64,000 bases of DNA. It comes from Macrostomum hystrix (lineage: Eukaryota; Animalia; Platyhelminthes). Of this stretch, positions 22,751 to 35,500 are shown one piece after another. The notes beneath the pieces were generated by a model, which searched no databases, was not told where the DNA came from, and was given only the letters and a program-made list of their open reading frames with translations. The stretch covers positions 1,426,001 to 1,490,000 of the forward strand of contig CATNEN010000015.1 in the NCBI GenBank assembly GCA_950097015.1, read 5' to 3'. Position numbers and translations under genes: made by a program. Every line of letters starts with the position of its first letter. Within the stretch, counting starts at the first letter, position 1.

Positions 22751-23140
22751 TAGCTGAGTCTAGCTGAGTACAGCTGAGTCTAGCTGAGTCTAGCTGAGTC
22801 TAGCTGAGTCTAGCTGAGTCTAGCTGAGTCTAGCTCAGTCTAGCTGAGTCTAGCTGAGTCTAGCTGAGTCTAGCTGAGTCTAGCTGAGTCTAGCTCAGTC
22901 TAGCTGAGTCTAGCTGAGTCTAGCTGAGTCTAGCTCAGTCTAGCTGAGTCTAGCTGAGTCTAGCTGAGTCTAGCTGAGTCTAGCTGAGTCTAGCTGAGTC
23001 TAGCTGAGTCTAGCTCAGTCTAGCTGAGTCTAGCTGAGTCTAGCTGAGTCTAGCTGAGTCTAGCTGAGTCTAGCTGAGTCTAGCTCAGTCTAGCTGAGTC
23101 TAGCTCAGTCTAGCTCAGTCTAGCTCAGTCTAGCTGAGTT
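22751..23140. repeat. 10-bp tandem repeat (TAGCT[G/C]AGTC)n, ~39 copies
   Basis: Periodicity directly visible; preceded by (GCTA)n. Confidence 0.97.
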
Positions 23141-24279
23141 TATCAAAGTTTAATTATGTCGTTCTTTTGGCCATGCCAGCACCGGTAAAGACAGTTGGAT
23201 TTTATGCAAGGCAAAGTATAGAGTAATGCTTTACCGTGGTTTTGGATCAGTCACACGTGCCGCCAATAAGAAATTGTACGCCAGCTCTCAATGCCTCAAT
23301 GTTCGAGGTAATTATTCATTTACTTTATATTATGTTTAAATAGAGAATGTCAAACGAGAAATTAATTTGGACAACAAGGACAAGAGCAAGAGTTGTAGTA
23401 CATAACACAGAAACTGGTTCCTTCGAGAAGGATTTCAGCGTTTCGGACGGCTAATCTCTCGCGACTGTGAGTAAATATTACTCAGACGTCGGTTGCGTTG
23501 TCAGGCCCGCTTATGGTTACAAATTCTAAGACACCAAACAAAAGCTATGCTATGTAAAAAATGTCAGACAAAACAAAAGTGCAGTCGCGTGCTGAAGGGC
23601 CAGAAAATAGCAGGAATTGTGTGTTGAAGAGAAAAAGCAAACGACAAATTTTAATATTTTGGGGTTGGGAACAGGTACAAGCCAGATGGAAAACAAGACC
23701 ATCGACAAATTATTGGCTGGTAGTTCATAGAGGTCTGTAGCGTGATTTGCCAAGCACGTTCTGATGGAATGTACTTTAGTGCTGACTCTCGGCCTGTCAG
23801 CAATCCGAAAGAAATCCGACTGATTCGGTCGACGCTGTCGTCTAATATAGCCCTCTGAGTTCTAGATAAGGAAAGCTGTGCTCAATTTAAGAATTCGAAA
23901 AGCATGCCTTTGCCACTGACTGCTTCGAGCATTTTCTGATTGAAATTTTGTTTCATTTCTAGTTACCAAGCTCGATTTTCTTAAAACCGAACGCAGCAAA
24001 TAGAGCACGAAAGACTATAGTTTGCCGAGCAGTGCCATCTTGAAGTGTTTTCTATCAAACAGATATGGGCCAGGCATCTTGGGTATGCATTTAGAAACTT
24101 TCTACTAGCAATATAGCAGAAAATGACTTGGAGACAATTAAAAATCTGCTTTTATAAAATGTCCCAGTAAAATTTGCAGCTCCGCACAAAACGTTGGTTA
24201 TAAGATGCTACAGATTTGAAGGAACACAGCGTTGTTTCAAAGCAGTCTTAGCTGGGCTGTTCAGCAACGCCGCTCCACG

Positions 24280-25224
24280 TCACTTCTTGCGCTTGTTGAC
24301 GGAGTTCATGACCCACTCCAGGCCCTGCTGGATGCCCTCGCCCTTCAGGGCTGAGCAGCCCTGGATTTGCCACGGTCGATCTCGAATGGAGATCAGGTTG
24401 AGCCCCTTGGAGATCTCGTCCGCCCTGCTGGCGCCCATGAGGTCCTGCTTGTTGGCGAAGATGAGCACGGGAACGCCCGAGAGTTTCTCCTCCTCGAGCA
24501 GCTCGAACAGCTCCTCGCCGGTCTCCTCGAAGCGCTTCTTGTCCGAGCTGTCAATCACGTAGATCTGCGCGACAGAATGTGAATTATTTTTTCACGAAAA
24601 CCGGTCATTCGGTTTGGGAGCTGTCGTGAAGTAGGCAGTGGGCATTTGAAATGCCCCGTGATCTTTCCCCAGGGGGAAAATAACATGCTCTTTCTACTGT
24701 TAATGGCTCATGTGTGTGTCGGCCACGAGTCCATGGACTAAAAGCTGTACATAAGCTGCTGACAGTTAGACTAAATCTGTGCGCAAACGTTAGCTAAGCG
24801 TTTCAATGGGAGAATTAGTAGACCTGAGACACTACAAACAACGGCAGCAGGTGCATGTTAAGAGCCTTACTAGAACATCAGTGTTGTCAAAGTAGTTCTT
24901 CCAATACGGCCGGATTTTACGTTGGCCTCCAATGTCCCACACGTTCAGCTTGAAGCCCTGAGACTGAACACTCTTGATGTTGAACCCCTACAGTGAATTA
25001 AGATAGATAAAATATATAAATTTAAATCAGTCTTGCAAGTCAAAGCGAGACTATCCGGTTAGTTGTCAAGACAAGCTAACCTGAGTAGGCGTGATGTGAC
25101 TGATGTCCTCGGAAGCAAGGGCCTTGAGGATGGTTGTCTTGCCGGCATTGTCCAGGCCCAGAGTCAGGATGCGGACCTCCTGCTCCGGCTTGGCCTTGAG
25201 GTTTCGAAGAAGGCTTAGCAGACC
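24280..25224 (-). CDS. ARL3: ADP-ribosylation factor-like GTPase 3; coding exons 25224-25081, 24987-24871, 24564-24280; first (ATG) exon lies upstream and is uncertain
   Basis: [29 protein letters not shown]; [29 protein letters not shown]; NKQD; WQIQGCSAL. Phase-0 GT-AG introns; 181 codons plus a Met matches the length of ARL3. Confidence 0.93.
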
Positions 25225-28200
25225 CTGCAAATTTTGAAATATACTTACAGTGGTGATTAAAATACAAAAGACAATATGCACAGAGAGAGCATACTTACAT
25301 ATAGCAAAAAACACTATTTTATAGTTCTTTAGGTAAACAGAAACATGCTAAAACTTAAAATGCCTAAAATCATTGACAGAAACACTGGTAGATGCAGTGT
25401 TTTACAGTGCTATTTAGTCCTGTAAATTTTAGTATGTTTTAATCCTGTTAGTAGTTTTATAACTAAAAATAAAATTAGAAAACTAGACATTCATTTTCTA
25501 ATTGGGACGATGGAGGAGATGGGGATGATAAAACACAGCAGGTGTTCATCCATTTTCGGCAAAAGTGTCAAAGTCAGCGTGCAGGGCGAGAACAAAGTTG
25601 AAATTTAATTTTTATACCCCCAAAACAAAAGAATGGTTCAGCGCATGAAAAAAAATACGGTTAAGACTTAACTTTAAAAAATCATTTAGGTCTGTAAAGT
25701 AGCAGATAAATAGTTACATTTAAGTCTTTGAGTCTTGCATTCAATGTAAATTAAAATGCAAGTATAAAGAAAAATTAAGATTAGAAATTCCTGTTAATCC
25801 AGTCATCATTTATAGCCCTAAAATGTAAGCTTCAAAAAATTAGTTTGCTAAGTTTACAAAATAATTTGAATACATATCAGGATGCTCTTTTAGTATGAAA
25901 TTGGCTACACTAAAGTATTAGTTATCCGTAGATTATCCAAAAATTTTAAAGCCATTGCTGTCAGAGACAATACGCAAAAATGGAGTCGCATATTTAAGTT
26001 AAACTAGCGCTAAACTGCATCCAACAATGCTAGTTAATAGTTTATTGGCAAGTTGTAAAAAATAGGACTCTAATTTAAAAAATAAGAAAATAAAAAAAGT
26101 AATGTGTAATAGCAAAGCTACCTTACGTTGATTTTTTGTTTTAATCGATAACTCAGCAGGCATTTAATTTAAATTTTCAGGCCGACTTGTTACGAAGTTG
26201 AAGAAATCTGCAATGAATGAATTACTAATAAAGTTGGCATTTGGCTAGATGTAAAACAAGGATAGATAAATCTAGCTGCTATGAAGTATCGCTAAACTAA
26301 ATATAAATCTAAACATTAGAAAGTGTTAAGAACTATGGTGAATTTTTATCAAAATAATGTCAAGACGACTTATGTTGATATATATGTTACTTTAGTAATC
26401 CTTGAATAGTATATAGAGCAAAGTGGTATGTGAGCGTTTGTTCTTTAGAAAGAAAGAAAGGAATGGATTAAAGTTGACAGTTTTTTAGTTGGTGTAGGAA
26501 TAAAATTAGGTTGTGCTGACTAAATTATTATAAACCAGAATCACGAATCAATATGTTAATGTATTGGGTTAAATGTGCTATATATTCTGTGCTAGGCCTA
26601 GCCTATATGTCATAATAGCAAAAGCAAATTAGATAGGCAGATAGGCCTAGCTGTAGCCTATCAAACAAAACATGGCATCCAATAACCATAGGGTCTAACT
26701 AATTGTACAGCTAGTGTTGATCATGGCATCATGCTGGGTGTACAAATGCAATCCACTTTAGTAACCATCACTTAGGCCTAGCCTTTGGTTCAGTAACAAC
26801 TGCTTTGGCCAATGAATAATAGGCTAACTCATACGCCACATTTACATTGTAATACTTTATAGTAAGTTCATTTTATCCAAGTAAAAACTAATCAATATTG
26901 AGTAGCTAATATTCTTCATGCCATTAATATGGTTTAATTGCTTTTTGTACTTAGTTTTCTTTTCTGACTCTAACATTTTTACTTTTACATATACAACACA
27001 TAAATGCATACACAGTACACATTTGTGCTTTCTTATAACCCCTAATTCCTACTAAATAATCAGTCAGAGTCTTAGACAAAAAATATGTAAACAGCTTGAT
27101 TTTGAAATATAAATATAAATTTATTACTGTATTTAGCTTTTTGAAATTAAAGACTAATGACCATATTGTAAGGCTAACAAGAATAGGGTCAAAAAAACCT
27201 TCAGGCTCTAAGGCCTTACGGTCAGTATATTTATTTGTTAACAATTGTAGAGTGGTGGGTATTGCATATGCATCGATGCAGTTGCATGTTGCAACCCTAT
27301 AATTCAGTGTGGGCATGAGCATTACATGCTCTGAAATGAACAATGATATACAAAACCTGCAAAGCTCACAGTATATAACTAGATCAGATCAGATAATATG
27401 TTATAGAACTAGTTATTATTGAAGTCGTTGTTACTGAAGTAGACTGTCACCCAGTGTACAACAGGAAACTAAAGTTGAAACTAAATTACACACTTAAAAT
27501 CTCTTTGCACATTTATAAGTTAAATGAAGTTTATTTCACATTGAAAAATTAATTTATAAAAGTTAAAACAGTGTACAAGTCTAGCCTCTAGACCATCTGC
27601 AAAAAAGTAAATAGGCAGTGAAACAATGTCAATTTTCTCTTATTAACAACCTTACTTGTTTCTATTACTCACTCACTAGAGCTACACATGCATTATACCT
27701 GCCTTGACCTTAGGCACAAAGTGTACATGCCAAGAATAAAATAGACAAGTATATGTAAAAATGCACTTCAAATTTTTGTATACAGCACCAAAAATAAGTT
27801 TAGGTAGGATTAAGTAGTTTTTTGGATATAAAGGTCTTATAAAAATCATTATTATTTCTAGATATATAAAATAATAAAAATTTAAGTCATGTCTATTCAA
27901 AAACTTTTATATACACAAAAAAGGTTTGTTAAAATAAATGAATTTGACAGAATTTATAATATTTATAATATTTTACATACAAAAAATATTTGGCGCATTT
28001 AAACAAAGAGAATAGGTACAAATTTGACTTTAAAAATGATAAAAGCATCCTTACTACACTAGTAAAGATATAAGTGTGAGAAATTTCAAGAATGAGTCTT
28101 TGACAGTGACAGATTATTGTTATATTTTTTAAAGCCTTTTTTGATAAATTTTTTTATTAAAAAATCTCTCAAACAAATCCATTCCCATTACAAGTACCTT

Positions 28201-29022
28201 GATAAATTAACCTTGCAAATGCACCTACTCCACCTAAATACAGAATATTTTTTCTATTCCTACTTCCTCCCTAGCTATAGACTTAAGGTAAGCCACTATG
28301 ATAGTTAATGATTTTTTGTATTTTTCCCATTCCCACTTCCTCCCTAGCCATAGAATTAAGGTAAGCCACTATGATAGTTAATGATTATTTGTGGTAATTA
28401 TAGCTATGGCAAAATACTCCATGCTACTATTAGCAATAGTATTGCTGTGATTTTTATCATATGTGGACAGTTTTTTATAATTTCATGCTGATTTCAAGTG
28501 GTGTAAACCCACTTAATTTTTTTAACTTTGCTACAACAAAGTGCCTAAGGGCAGGATACTCAAGTTCATTTTATGTAATTCAACTGTACTATAATACAAT
28601 ATAATATCTAAATTTTGTACTCATATCTACTATATTTCTATGCAATATAAATATGCACACCATACAAGTACCATCCTAATGTTTTTTGTATTCATGAGCA
28701 TTTTGAGTCAATGTTTTTGTCTTCATATGAAAAATTTTTATTCTAAATTTTATTCTAACTGCAACTAATTATTAAAAAAAATTAAAGCAATACCTATTGG
28801 CTAGCTATACATAGGAATCTTATGCAAACATGTAATAAACCTTAAAAATTAAAATACTGGCTTAAAAGTGGCTTTAAGAACTTCTTCAACTATGATCATT
28901 CATTATTGAAATTTTATGTAGTATTGACCATTTTTGTCACCAAATATTTTTGCATCAACTAAAGCACTGAATTTAACTTCAGCTAGACCCAAACAGCGAA
29001 CTATGCTTGTCTGCAAAGCCAT

Positions 29023-31165
29023 ATGCCAATAGTCATGAGCCATACTCAGCTAGATCTGTCACACACCCAGCAGCAGGCATTTGGCACTGGTCCCGGCATG
29101 GTGGCCACCCTGTGCTGCCCGCTCTCCGCCTCTGAGAAGCGACAGAAATTTCTTCACCGCTTGTTCCATTTCCGTCAGATGGACTTTGAATATGCGCTAT
29201 GGCAGATGCTCTATCTGTTTGTGTCGCCGCAGAAAGTATATAGAAATTTCCAGTATAGAAAGCGTGAGTGTACTATATTTTTTGTTTGTAAAATGGCCCC
29301 AAACTACTAGAATAGATTTTGGTCCTGTTAAAGTTTTTTAAAATAATCAATCAAATACTCATAGTAGTTAGAAAAGCATATATTTCTCTTCTTGCACCGT
29401 CACACAGAGACTCGAAACCAATGGGCTCGCGATGATCCAGCCTTTCTAGTGCTGCTGTCTGCAGTTCTGCTGGTCACGTCACTAGCCTTTGGCCTTGTGC
29501 TGCGTCTGTCATTCTTAGAAATTCTCAAACTCATGCTGTGGATTGTATGCATCGATTGCATCGGCGTTGGCGTTGTCATAGCAACGCTGTTCTGGCTGCT
29601 GGCCAATCGGGTATTCAAGGTGCCGGGCTCCGGTTCCGCGCTGCAAGTTGAATGGGCCTACGCCTTTGACGTTCACCTGAATGCCTTCTTCCCACTGCTG
29701 GTTATTCTTCACCTCATCCAGCTGCCGTTTCTTTATCGTGAGCGCCAATTTTAAATACCGATCGTTGTAAGTTAAAATAAACAAATTCAAACCCGCTAAT
29801 GTTTTCTACTTTTTCAGCTGTACTTTACCACGAGTGGTTTGTTTCGTCACTGCTGGGAAACCTTTTCTGGCTAGTGGCCATTGTCTACTATTTGTACATC
29901 ACCTTTCTAGGATATCGAGGTGAGTGCGAAGCCGCACCTGATTTTCATTCATCTCATTTTAGCACCGAGATTATGGAGGGTAGGCAAGCGTGGGGAAACT
30001 GCAGTGAATCATTGAGATACTAATGAAAAGAGGAAGAAACTGCAGTGGAAGGGTGAGAAACTGTAGTGGAAGGGTGAGAATCTGTAGTGGAAGTGTGAGA
30101 AACTGTAGTGGAAGGGTGAGAAACTGTAGTGGAAAGGTGAGAAACTGTAGTGGAAGGGTGAGAAACTGTAGTGGAAAGGTGAGAAACTGTAGTGGAAGGG
30201 TGAGAAACTGTAGTGGAAGGGTGAGAAACTGTAGTGGAAAGGTGAGAAACTGTAGTGGAAGGGTGAGAAACTGTAGTGGAAGGGTGAGAAACTGTAGTGG
30301 AAGGAGGGGGGGAGAAACAGCCGAGCAGAGGGGGGGAGAAACAGCCGAGCAGAGGGGGGAGAAACAGCCGAGCAGAGGGGGGAAGAAACAACCGAGCAGA
30401 GGGGGGAGAAACAGCCGAGCAGAGGGGGGAGAAACAGCCGAGCAGAGGGGGGAGAAACAGCCGAGCAGATGGGGGGAGAAACAGCCGAGCAGATGGGGGG
30501 AGAAACAGCCGAGCAGATGGGGGGAGAAACAGCCGAGCAGATGGGGGGAGAAACAGCCGAGCAGATGGGGGGAGAAACAGCCGAGCAGATGGGGGGAGAA
30601 ACAGCCGCGCAGAGGGGGGAGAAACAGCCGAGCAGAGGGGGGGAGAAACAGCCGAGCAGATGGGGGGAGAAACAGCCGAGCAGATGGGGGGAGAAACAGC
30701 CGAGCAGAGGGGGGAGAAACAGCCGAGCAGATGGGGGGAGAAACAGCCGAGCAGATGGGGGGAGAAACAGCCGAGCAGATGGGGGGAGAAACAGCCAAGC
30801 AGATGGGGGGAGAAACAGCCGAGCAGATGGGGGGAGAAACAGCCGAGCAGATGGGGGGAGAAACAGCCGAGCAGAGGGGGGGAGAAACAGCCGAGCAGAG
30901 GGGGGGAGAAACAGCCGAGCAGAGGGGGAGAAATAGCATAGGAGGGGTGAATAGTCAGTGGACAGTACTCTCACTGCAATCCTGATTCGGTGGTCGTCAA
31001 TCGCTGGCCAACCCACGCGGCATTTCAGCGCTGAGTTTCCTTCGCGGCGTGAACGCCATCCTGTACCCCATCACCCTGCTGTGCATTGTGTTCCTGGTGT
31101 CTGTTCTGTTCCGCTGGAATTTCACCAAACTGTTGGCTGATTTCTACAAGTATCGCATACGCTGA
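29023..31165 (+). CDS. UNC50: UNC-50 homolog (Golgi multi-pass membrane protein); exons 29023(or 29098)-29263, 29408-29737, 29818-29919, 31029-31165
   Basis: FRQMDFEYALWQMLYLFVSPQKVYRNFQYRK|QTRNQWARDDPAFLVLLS, VEWAYAFDVHLNAFFP, YITFLGY and WNFT..L..FYKYR. Phase-1 introns are consistent throughout. Confidence 0.95.
30036..30303. repeat. 21-bp minisatellite (GGGTGAGAAACTGTAGTGGAA)n, ~12 copies, UNC50 intron 3
   Basis: Periodicity directly visible. Confidence 0.95.
30305..30935. repeat. 23-24-bp minisatellite (AGAAACAGCCGAGCAGATGGGGGG)n, ~26 copies, UNC50 intron 3
   Basis: Periodicity directly visible; length variation lies in the G-run. Confidence 0.95.
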
Positions 31166-32526
31166 GTTGATTAGCGTCTTTAATTTTACGTAGAGTTACC
31201 GGACAAAACTGGACAATTCACTTCTTAAGTATAGATTTTATTATTCTCATTTCTCCTCTTATTCATGCGTGTTAAACGCATAACTGCACTACTGTTAGTA
31301 GCTGGGCACCTTTGCTTACTGTTAGCTAGTGTTATTATCGTTTGCTATGTGCTTTATAATTGTATCGCTTTATTTTTCCACTCTGATCCGTTAAGAATTG
31401 TTTCAAAGTCACTTGAATTGGGTCAAAGGTGTACTGAAATATGGCCGACTTTTGTGTCCTGCACATGTACAAACCTGTCAATACAAATAGCCATTATATA
31501 TTCCCCTATTTGTTTCATTTGTTATGCAAATGCTTTGCTTTCTAGATTTGATTGGTTGACAGTTTTTTTAAATTCCTTTTGAATTCGATGAATATTTTAG
31601 ATTTTAGATTTAGAATTTTCGGTGGCCGGATGTTGACGATTGCACGGGTCGAATTGATTGCGGAATCGAACTCCCGACGCTACTCACTGGCCGCTTACTA
31701 CACAATAATATTAATTATTCAGGTTTGCCGCAGGCTGTTCATGTACTAGCTGTGTTTGTACCTGTAGGATAAAAGTATAAACTGTGCATGTTCAGTGATA
31801 ATCTAATTTATTGGCTAATTAGTAAGCCTTTTCCCCGCCAGTTGGCTTTATTTACTTACTAATAACTTATACTACTACTGTGAGTAGCAGCATTGAAGTC
31901 TTATCTGTGTTATCCAATTAGAAATTGAAATTTTCTGTTGAATTTTTTTAATCAAGGGTAACCCACAATGAGAAGTTCGTTATAAACGAGCAAGTAATTG
32001 GATCGCAATTTATATTGAATATGTAACACTCTTGAGTGTGCATTCACACTGCACTACAGGCGCACATATTGTATCTGGAATCTGTTGAGTATAACTATTA
32101 ATGTTACCATGCTGTCCTAACAAACTGCCTGGTCTTGTTGCTTTATTTATTCATTGCCTGTTAGAAGATGGTATACAGTAGAAACCCGTAAGTTAGTTAA
32201 TCTAAGACTTTGCATTCACCGTTGCTTCAAATCAGCAGAAGTTTGTGTTTGTCCATGGACTGAACAGCCTTTAGAAGGCTGCGTCTAGGCCCTAGACTAT
32301 GCATTTCTATCTCTGCTGGCTATCTGTTCACAACAGCTTCTCTAGGGGATTTTTTTATGGAATTTTTTTTTTGGAACTGTGGAATTTTATGGAATTTTTA
32401 TGGAATTGGAGAATCAAATTGACCTTAATTGTCCTTCAGATTGCTGCCAAGTCTGGGCAAAATGCCTGTTAGCAGTGCCAGAACAATTTGATTCGTCTGA
32501 GAGCTGAGATCCGCGCTAGCAGACCA

Positions 32527-35500
32527 ATGTCCACGGTGCTAGTGTGCGTTGGCCAGTGCGGCAACCAACTGGGGGCCGAGTACCTGTGCCGCCAGCTTGC
32601 CAACGAGCCCAGCGTTGTGGCCGACGCCCTTGGCAATGTTCGCGCGGTGTTTGTCGACTCGGAGCGAAAAGTGGTGCAGTCCATGTACCGGCGTTATCCG
32701 GCTCTCCGGGGCCGAGTGCCCGATGCCAACTGCGTCACTGCTAGGTCTGTCACTCTACTTGATTGTCACTCATCTGTTACTTATCTGTCACTCAGCTGTC
32801 ACTCTACCTTCATTGTCTCTCACCCGTCACTCAGCTGTCACTCTACCTATATTCTCACTCACCTATCACTCTGCCTTTATTTTCACTCACCTGTCGCTCT
32901 ACCTTGATTGTCACTCACCTGTCACTCAACTGTGACTCAACCTTTATTTTCACTCACCTGTCGCTATACCCTGATTGTCACTCACCTGTCACTCTACCTT
33001 GATTGTCACTCACCTGTCACTCAGCTGTCACTCTACCTTTATTTTCACTCACCTGTCACTCTACCTTTCTTTTCACTTACCTGTCACTCTAACTTCATTG
33101 TCTCTCACTTGTCACTCTACCTTAATTGTCACTCACCTGTCACTCTACCTTGATTGTCACTCACCTGTCACTCTACCTTGATTGTCACTCACCTGTCACT
33201 CTACCTTGATTGTCACTCACCTGTCACTCAGCTGTCACTCTACCTTTATTTTCACTCACCTGTCACTCTACCTTGATTTTCACTCACCTGTCACTCAGCT
33301 GTCACTCTACCTTTATTTTCATTCACCTGTCACTCTACCTTTATTTTCACTTACCTGTCACTCTAACTTCATTGTCTCTCACTTGTCACTCTACCTTAAT
33401 TGTCACTCACCTGTCACTCTACCTTGATTGTCACTCACCTGTCACTCTACCTTGATTGTCACTCACCTGTCACTCAGCTGTCACTCTACCTTTATTTTCA
33501 CTCACCTGTCACTAACTTCATTGTCTCTCACTTGTCACTCTACCTTAATTGTCACTCAGCTGTCACTCTACCTTGATTTTCACTCACCTGTCACTCAGCT
33601 GTCACTCTACCTTTATTTTCATTCACCTGTCACTCTACCTTTATTTTCACTTACCTGTCACTCTAACTTCATTGTCTCTCACTTGTCACTTACCTTAATT
33701 TTCACTCACCTGTCACTCTACCTTTATTTTCACTTACCTGTCACTCTAACTTCATTGTCACTCACCTATCACTCTACCTTGATTTTCTGTCAACCTGTCA
33801 CTCTATTTTGATTGTCACTCACCTGTCACTCTACCTTGACTGTCACTCACATGTCGCCCAACACAGACAGGGTCGTGGCAACAACTGGGCCTACGGCTAT
33901 TCGGCCAGCTCCGACGAAGCGCTATCAGCTGAGCGCCTCGTTGAGGACTGTATCCGTCGAGTTGGCGAGCAGTGCGATTATTTCTCAGGCGTGCTGCTGA
34001 CGCACTCACTGGCTGGCGGTACCGGCTCCGGTCTGGGCACCCGCCTGGCCGAGTGTCTGCGTGACAACCTCGGCCTCCAGCTGCTCGCCCACTGCTGCGT
34101 GCTGGCTGACCGTGACACCCCGCTGCAGAACTATAACAGCCTGCTGGCCCTGAGCCGCGTGGCTGGCTTGTCAGACTGCCTGCTGCTGTACAGGAATTCA
34201 CCGGATGCCTCGCCTATCAAGGTAGCAGCAAGAAACTCTGAACTGTTTCTTCTCTGACCTAGTCAGATCATTTAGTTTCATTTCAATATGCCGTTTTTAT
34301 ATCCCATAAGCTTCCTACATAAGTTCATAAGCCCCACCCCAAACTGGCCACGTATTCTAAGCTTTTCCTTTGAGATCCGTTTCTTCCTCACAGATCTCAA
34401 GATGTTTCATCCCACGGACCCAAGCCGTTTCTTCCCAGATCCAAGAATGTGTCTTCCCAGATCCAAGGATGTGTCTTCCCAGATCCAAGGATGTGTCTTC
34501 CCAGATCCAAGGATGTGTCTTCCCCAATCCCTAGATGTTTTATCCCATGGACCCAAGCCGTTTCTTCCCAAATCCAAGGATGATGTGTCTTCCCAGATCC
34601 AAGGATGTGTCTTCCCAGATCCCTTGAAGATGTTTCTTCCCAGATGCCTTGTAAATCTTGCCAAATCCCTTGAACATATTTCTTCCCAGATTCCTTGAAA
34701 ATGTTTCTTCCCAGATCCCTTGAAGATGGTTCTTCCCAGATCTCTTGAAGATGGTTCTTCCCAGATCTCTTGAAGATGGTTCTTCCCAGATCTCTTGAAG
34801 ATGTTTCTCCCCATATCCCAATGCGTTTCTTCCCAGGTCCCTCGAAGATGTTTTTTTTCCCAGACATCAACATGTTTCTCCCCAGATCCCAATACTTTTC
34901 TTCCCAGATCCAAGATCCTAAAGTCAGATCTCGAATTCTGCCCGGATCCAAAGTTTCCCCCAGATCCAGCATGTTAGCAGTGATTTCAATAATGACGGAC
35001 TTCGATGGCAGGTGAACGAATCCGTGGCCACCCAGCTGTGCCGCCTGCTGTCGCCCTGTCGCAGTTTGTACAAATCTTGCCGACTGGGCGGAAACGAGCT
35101 GGCCGAGCTCAGCCGCTCCTGCTGCCCGCTGCCCGGCCTGAGCCTCCTGCGCAGCGCCACGGCCGACGACCTGCCCGGCCTCCTGCGCTCTCGGCCGCGC
35201 CCAACTGCCACCATCGCCGCCGTGGCCGTGCTCCGATCCGCTGCTCCCGCCCGTGTCAGGGCGCCGAAGTCGGCAGACTGCGCCGCTTTGAAATCCTACC
35301 TCAGACCCGTTGAGTACAACGCCTTCCCCGTGGACTACTGGATGGACGGCGGCGGTGGCGGCTCCGGCAGCGTCACACTGGCCTACAATTCGGCCTGCAT
35401 TGTAGACTGGCTGGTTCCCATAGCAACCAAGAGTGCAGCCCAGTTGAATGCCGGAGCATACGTGCATCACTACGAGAGATACCTGCCAGATGCCAGGCAG

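Noticed and set aside
29971-31016. 300+ aa ORFs on both strands
   Set aside because: They are translations of two minisatellites in UNC50 intron 3.
31900-32520. RFX X-box upstream of the tubulin
   Set aside because: Only half-site-like GTTACCATG (~32103) was seen, with no matching second half.
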